From contig JBMFRC010000001.1 in assembly GCA_049968235.1 (NCBI GenBank), positions 32,001 to 96,000 of the forward strand: a stretch of 64,000 nt of DNA, read 5' to 3'. Source of the stretch: Candidatus Hydrogenedens sp. Lineage in GTDB: Bacteria; Hydrogenedentota; Hydrogenedentia; Hydrogenedentales; Hydrogenedentaceae. The notes beneath the pieces were generated by a model. That model was not told the DNA's origin. It was given only the letters and a program-made list of their open reading frames with translations, and searched no databases. Shown in pieces: positions 60,540 through 64,000 of the stretch; within the stretch, counting starts at the first letter, position 1, and each line of letters opens with the position of its first letter. Position numbers and translations under genes: made by a program.

Positions 60540-60719
60540 ATGATGCAAACTTTGTTGATTATTGAATCAAATGGACGAGGGAAAAGTGAATTAGACCGTT
60601 TATTAGAAGAAGGTTGGACGGTAATATCTATTACGCCCAATCATGGGAAAAGTTATAATGACTTTTTGATTATTTTAGAGAAAGAAGAAACTTCTGAATC
60701 AGATAAGAAAGCGGAATAA
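60540..60719 (+). CDS. DUF4177-like small protein (59 aa; below the ORF-track size cutoff)
   Basis: GGAGG 7 nt upstream of ATGATG. MMQTLLIIESNGRGKSELDRLLEEGWTVISITPNHGKSYNDFLIILEKEE… resembles DUF4177 (…EGW.lvSv…). Confidence 0.45.
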   Translation: MMQTLLIIESNGRGKSELDRLLEEGWTVISITPNHGKSYNDFLIILEKEETSESDKKAE

Positions 60720-60736
60720 ATTTTAATCGTCATCTC

Positions 60737-62467
60737 TTATACGATTTGTTTTACAAAGAATATCATCCCGACTACAATGCACCAGATGAGTGTAAAGCCT
60801 ATCATTCCCTGTAAGGAAGGATAGGGGATTTCTATACTTTTGAAGGGCAAAAGTTTTTTGTGTTCGCCGGGTTCAATTCCTTCGGGAAGTGTAAAAGGAG
60901 CAACATGTTTTTCCCCTTTTTTAACGGGGGTATATAAACAGGTATATATTCGATTTAAGTTTTCCTCAGGAACAGGCTTTGTTAATAAACTTACCAGAAT
61001 CCCCAGTGAGAAACCTGTAGTTAGATAGAAGGTCATCTGCCATGAAAGTCTTAATTTCTCCTGCCATAACATAAATTCAGGTAAGTTCTGGACAGCCCAT
61101 CCTTGAAATGCAGGTAGAGAAGTGATAACAAACACAGCAAAACTTCCGAGTGTTGAAGCCCAGGCAGATTGCGGTGTTGTTCGCCTCCAAAATAAACCTA
61201 ACCAGAAAATAGGTCCCATCATTGCTTGCAGGGAAAAGAATATTTCTAATCCGCGGGGGACATTGGGAACCTGAAAAGCAAAAATAATTCCCACTACCAC
61301 AATTACAACAGAGGCAATTCTCCCTACTGTAATATAATGTTGTTCAGATTTATCTTTAACCCAATAACGACGATATAGGTTTTGTGTAAATAAAGCGGAT
61401 GACGAGACCATAAATGCATCACAGGAGGACATTACAGAAGCCACCAGGGCAGAGATAAATAATCCCAATAAACCGGGTGCGATACCCGGTAAAAAGTCAC
61501 GGGCAATCATGCCAAAGACCTGGTCTGTTTGTTTTCCGGTAAGATTGGGATATAATGCAACAGCACAGAGTCCTGTAAATGCCCATGCTATTGTACAAAA
61601 ACGCTTTAATAGATTCCCTCCTGTTAGCCCAACTCTTCCATCCATCTCTGTTCTTCCTGCAGAACAATTTCCTAAAATGTGCGGTTGTGTAACAACGCCT
61701 ACCAGTGCATTAAAACAGAGAACGATAACATAAAAGAGGTTGATTTCTCCCGGGGCAACTAATTGTAGCATTTCCGGATTGCCAATTTTGTCCCGCAACC
61801 CTTCAATGCCACCTACTGCTTGAAAAACAAGCGGTAATAACATGAATGAAAAGATAACTGTTAATATTCCTTGAATAAAATCTGTAATAATCGCTGCACC
61901 CAATCCTCCTGCTACTCCATATAGAATAAAAATTCCGCTCACAAAAAGAATGGAAATATACCTGGGAATAGCCCCACCTGTTAACGCTTCAATTGTGGCA
62001 CTGGCACCTAACTGGATAACTCCTATGTTGACTGTTAATTGTATTACTCCAACAACAGCATAAAGAGCCCCGACACCGGGACTAAAGCGTGCTTCAAAAT
62101 AATCTCCCATTGTAAGAATACGCATCCGTCGCAATATAGGAGGTATTAGCCAGTAGAACGGGGTGCAAAATAGCCATAGCCATTGATACCAGATACCGGA
62201 AATACCATTGGTATAAACTTTTGAGGATACACCCACAGCATCATTACCGCTGGTTCCTGCACCAAAAGAGAAAAATACCATAGTAACTTTACCAAACCGA
62301 TTTCCTCCCATAAAAAAATCATGCATATTGCGAATATTTCGTGCAAACCAAACACCTACAAAAGAAATTATAAAAAAATATAGAAAGATGGTTGCCCAAT
62401 CAAAAATAGTCAATCCTAACATCCATCCATTCCTATGTGGTCTGTGAATTAGTTGAGGGGAAAACAA
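60737..62467 (-). CDS. Sodium:solute symporter family (SSF) transporter
   Basis: 576 aa, ~13-14 TM helices. N-terminal …IFLYFFIISFVGVWFARNIRNMHDFFMGGNRFG… is SSF-like. Confidence 0.7.
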   Translation of the reverse strand: MFSPQLIHRPHRNGWMLGLTIFDWATIFLYFFIISFVGVWFARNIRNMHDFFMGGNRFGKVTMVFFSFGAGTSGNDAVGVSSKVYTNGISGIWYQWLWLFCTPFYWLIPPILRRMRILTMGDYFEARFSPGVGALYAVVGVIQLTVNIGVIQLGASATIEALTGGAIPRYISILFVSGIFILYGVAGGLGAAIITDFIQGILTVIFSFMLLPLVFQAVGGIEGLRDKIGNPEMLQLVAPGEINLFYVIVLCFNALVGVVTQPHILGNCSAGRTEMDGRVGLTGGNLLKRFCTIAWAFTGLCAVALYPNLTGKQTDQVFGMIARDFLPGIAPGLLGLFISALVASVMSSCDAFMVSSSALFTQNLYRRYWVKDKSEQHYITVGRIASVVIVVVGIIFAFQVPNVPRGLEIFFSLQAMMGPIFWLGLFWRRTTPQSAWASTLGSFAVFVITSLPAFQGWAVQNLPEFMLWQEKLRLSWQMTFYLTTGFSLGILVSLLTKPVPEENLNRIYTCLYTPVKKGEKHVAPFTLPEGIEPGEHKKLLPFKSIEIPYPSLQGMIGFTLIWCIVVGMIFFVKQIV

Positions 62468-64000
62468 ATAATAATGTCATTTCACCCGGGTTCAATTTTA
62501 GATTATTAGGAGGGTTCACAGGTTTCACTTCCGCAGTAATAGGGTCTAACCATATAAAATCTCCTTTCTCTCTTATGCTAACTTTGACCTGCACTTCTTC
62601 TTTACCTTCATTAAAAAAGAGATACCCATGAATCCCTTGCAAGACCGCATGATGATACCTGATATTTACTGTCGCAGGATATAATAAAACATCGGGTTGA
62701 ATTTTATCTCGTATAAAATCCAATAGTCCTTGTGCATTGTTTGCATGATACTTTATCCCTGGTAATGATTTTTGGTAAGTTATAACTCTTTCTGCTTGAA
62801 TCATAGGTTCTAATTTATGTGTTAGTTCGATGGGAAGGCAGTTAAAATCATCAATGATAAGTATTGGATATTTCATAGCAGAAACTTTGATACCATCGGA
62901 TAAAACGGTAGCGATATTAAGGAGTGTTTCTATATCAAGATAAAAGAAGTCTATCTGGTTTTCAAACAAAACTCTACATGCTACCCATGGGAGGTATTCC
63001 ACATCAGATAAAACAGCAACATCAGCGACGGGAGTTCCCTCTCCAATGAACCAGCATAGTCGTCTGCATTTGTCAGCATAGTTTTTGTAATTATCCCACC
63101 ATACATTATGAGGACCTACATCCGGAGGGCGTTCATCTTTGCGGGGACCTTCAATAGAGTAGTAGAAAGCGTGTGGGATTAATAAATCTACTCCACGAAC
63201 CAATAACCATGCCGTTAACCATTCCATTTCATTATATGTAAAATTCCAGCCGTATGCCCCAAAACATTCGTTCATATTTCGTTTACGATTGTAATGTAAT
63301 TTTGCTGAAGCACTACATTTCGGACCTGTGGATTCGGGACCTTCTATACTATTTTTTTGGAAAGGTTCTACATATCGCCAGACGATATCCTGTCCCGGTA
63401 TGTGGAAGTATTTAAGTGTATAAATATCCATGGGACCTTTGGGATGTCCTGTCAAAGCAACGCCATGCTCTTCACACCACTTACTGTAAGGCATATAGAA
63501 TGCATATTCCAATCGTTTTTGAACCACTTTGTTAAAAACTTTTTGCACTTTTTGGGCTTCACTTGATTCCCCTCCCCACAGCAAAGGGATACATGGTTTG
63601 AAATCATAACCTACACTTTTTGAGATAAAATCAAGCATACCCCATGTCCATGGGATAGCATCTTTTATGGGTTTTCTACCTAAAGGATTCGGTTCATCGG
63701 TAAAAATACCGATAATCGTATTTCCAAAATAATCTTTGAATTCTGCATAGTATTTTTCGTGGACAAGTTCAAAGAACCGTTTTACGGCATCGGGATTTAA
63801 AATATCTCCCGCTGGAGGGGCTCCCGCTTCGCCGTCATCTGTACCAAAATGGACGCCCCGAATGGTCCCCATAGAACGAGTATGTACATATTCATATTTG
63901 TCTGTAAGCAATATTAATTCTTCATCATCTTTCACAGGAATGGCGCCTTTTTCCCGGCGAATTAATGCGCGGGCAGAAAAACGAGGATTACTTTCAACTA
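62433..64000 (-). CDS. Hypothetical protein, possibly glycoside-hydrolase-like; 5' end beyond the window
   Basis: The track ORF begins at a GTG (63935), but the frame stays open to the window end (…ALIRREKGAIPVKDDEE…). Overlaps the SSF gene by 35 nt. Confidence 0.4.
   Translation of the reverse strand, partial: VESNPRFSARALIRREKGAIPVKDDEELILLTDKYEYVHTRSMGTIRGVHFGTDDGEAGAPPAGDILNPDAVKRFFELVHEKYYAEFKDYFGNTIIGIFTDEPNPLGRKPIKDAIPWTWGMLDFISKSVGYDFKPCIPLLWGGESSEAQKVQKVFNKVVQKRLEYAFYMPYSKWCEEHGVALTGHPKGPMDIYTLKYFHIPGQDIVWRYVEPFQKNSIEGPESTGPKCSASAKLHYNRKRNMNECFGAYGWNFTYNEMEWLTAWLLVRGVDLLIPHAFYYSIEGPRKDERPPDVGPHNVWWDNYKNYADKCRRLCWFIGEGTPVADVAVLSDVEYLPWVACRVLFENQIDFFYLDIETLLNIATVLSDGIKVSAMKYPILIIDDFNCLPIELTHKLEPMIQAERVITYQKSLPGIKYHANNAQGLLDFIRDKIQPDVLLYPATVNIRYHHAVLQGIHGYLFFNEGKEEVQVKVSIREKGDFIWLDPITAEVKPVNPPNNLKLNPGEMTLLFVFPSTNSQTT

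Overview
This is low-GC (roughly 35-38%) bacterial chromosomal DNA, mostly housekeeping genes on both strands. The standard genetic code is supported: TGA, TAA and TAG all act as real stops (addB, for example, ends in TAG).

Main housekeeping content, in window order:
- A partial VWA/Ig-repeat lipoprotein and an LRR lipoprotein at the 5' edge.
- addB-addA (RexAB-type helicase-nuclease), then UDP-glucuronate decarboxylase, an IMPase-family gene and a GmhA-like SIS gene.
- tig-clpP, tRNA-Leu(TAG) and dxs.
- A seven-gene Mrp (mrpABCDEFG) cation/proton antiporter operon.
- Thiolase plus an acyl-CoA-binding protein, and pyruvate phosphate dikinase.
- An exosortase-like membrane protein, ATP sulfurylase, a GT1 glycosyltransferase and xylulokinase.
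- A sugar ABC permease with a periplasmic binding lipoprotein, and a SpoU methyltransferase.
- parA-parB-serS-cobB.
- A 1633-aa secreted PKD / PhoPQ-related alpha/beta-hydrolase protein.
- tyrS, recO, a DUF1080 lipoprotein, an alpha/beta hydrolase, an SSF symporter and a partial hydrolase-like gene at the 3' edge.

The most unusual region is about 13.2-17.7 kb, between the gmhA-like gene and a small CoA-binding gene next to clpP. On the minus strand it holds the remains of a type III-A-like CRISPR-Cas locus:
- A Csm4-like gene broken by three frameshifts, two of them at A7/A8 homopolymers.
- A Csm5-like RAMP gene interrupted by an in-frame TAG.
- A cas1 gene broken by two or more frameshifts.
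- An apparently intact cas2.
- No cas10, csm2, csm3 or cas6, and no CRISPR array.

The cas1-cas2 segment (about 14030-15345) is compositionally alien. Its plus strand is about 75-80% G+T and under 10% C, and the boundaries fall exactly at the gene edges.

Directly 3' of cas2, where a leader and array would sit, lies a roughly 250-bp element. A second copy (about 85% identity) sits about 26.7 kb away at 40693-40926 in an unrelated convergent intergenic region. Both copies are preceded by purine-rich, non-coding tracts.

Other points worth a look:
- A GC-rich (about 50%) 300-bp island just downstream of the exosortase-like gene, with a strong-SD 68-aa ORF and an intrinsic terminator.
- A palindromic GACAAGTCGGA-type motif seen in two intergenic sites (REP-like).
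- A strongly expressed-looking 47-aa hydrophobic peptide gene between the mrp operon and the thiolase gene.
- N- and C-terminal low-complexity extensions on trigger factor and PPDK.
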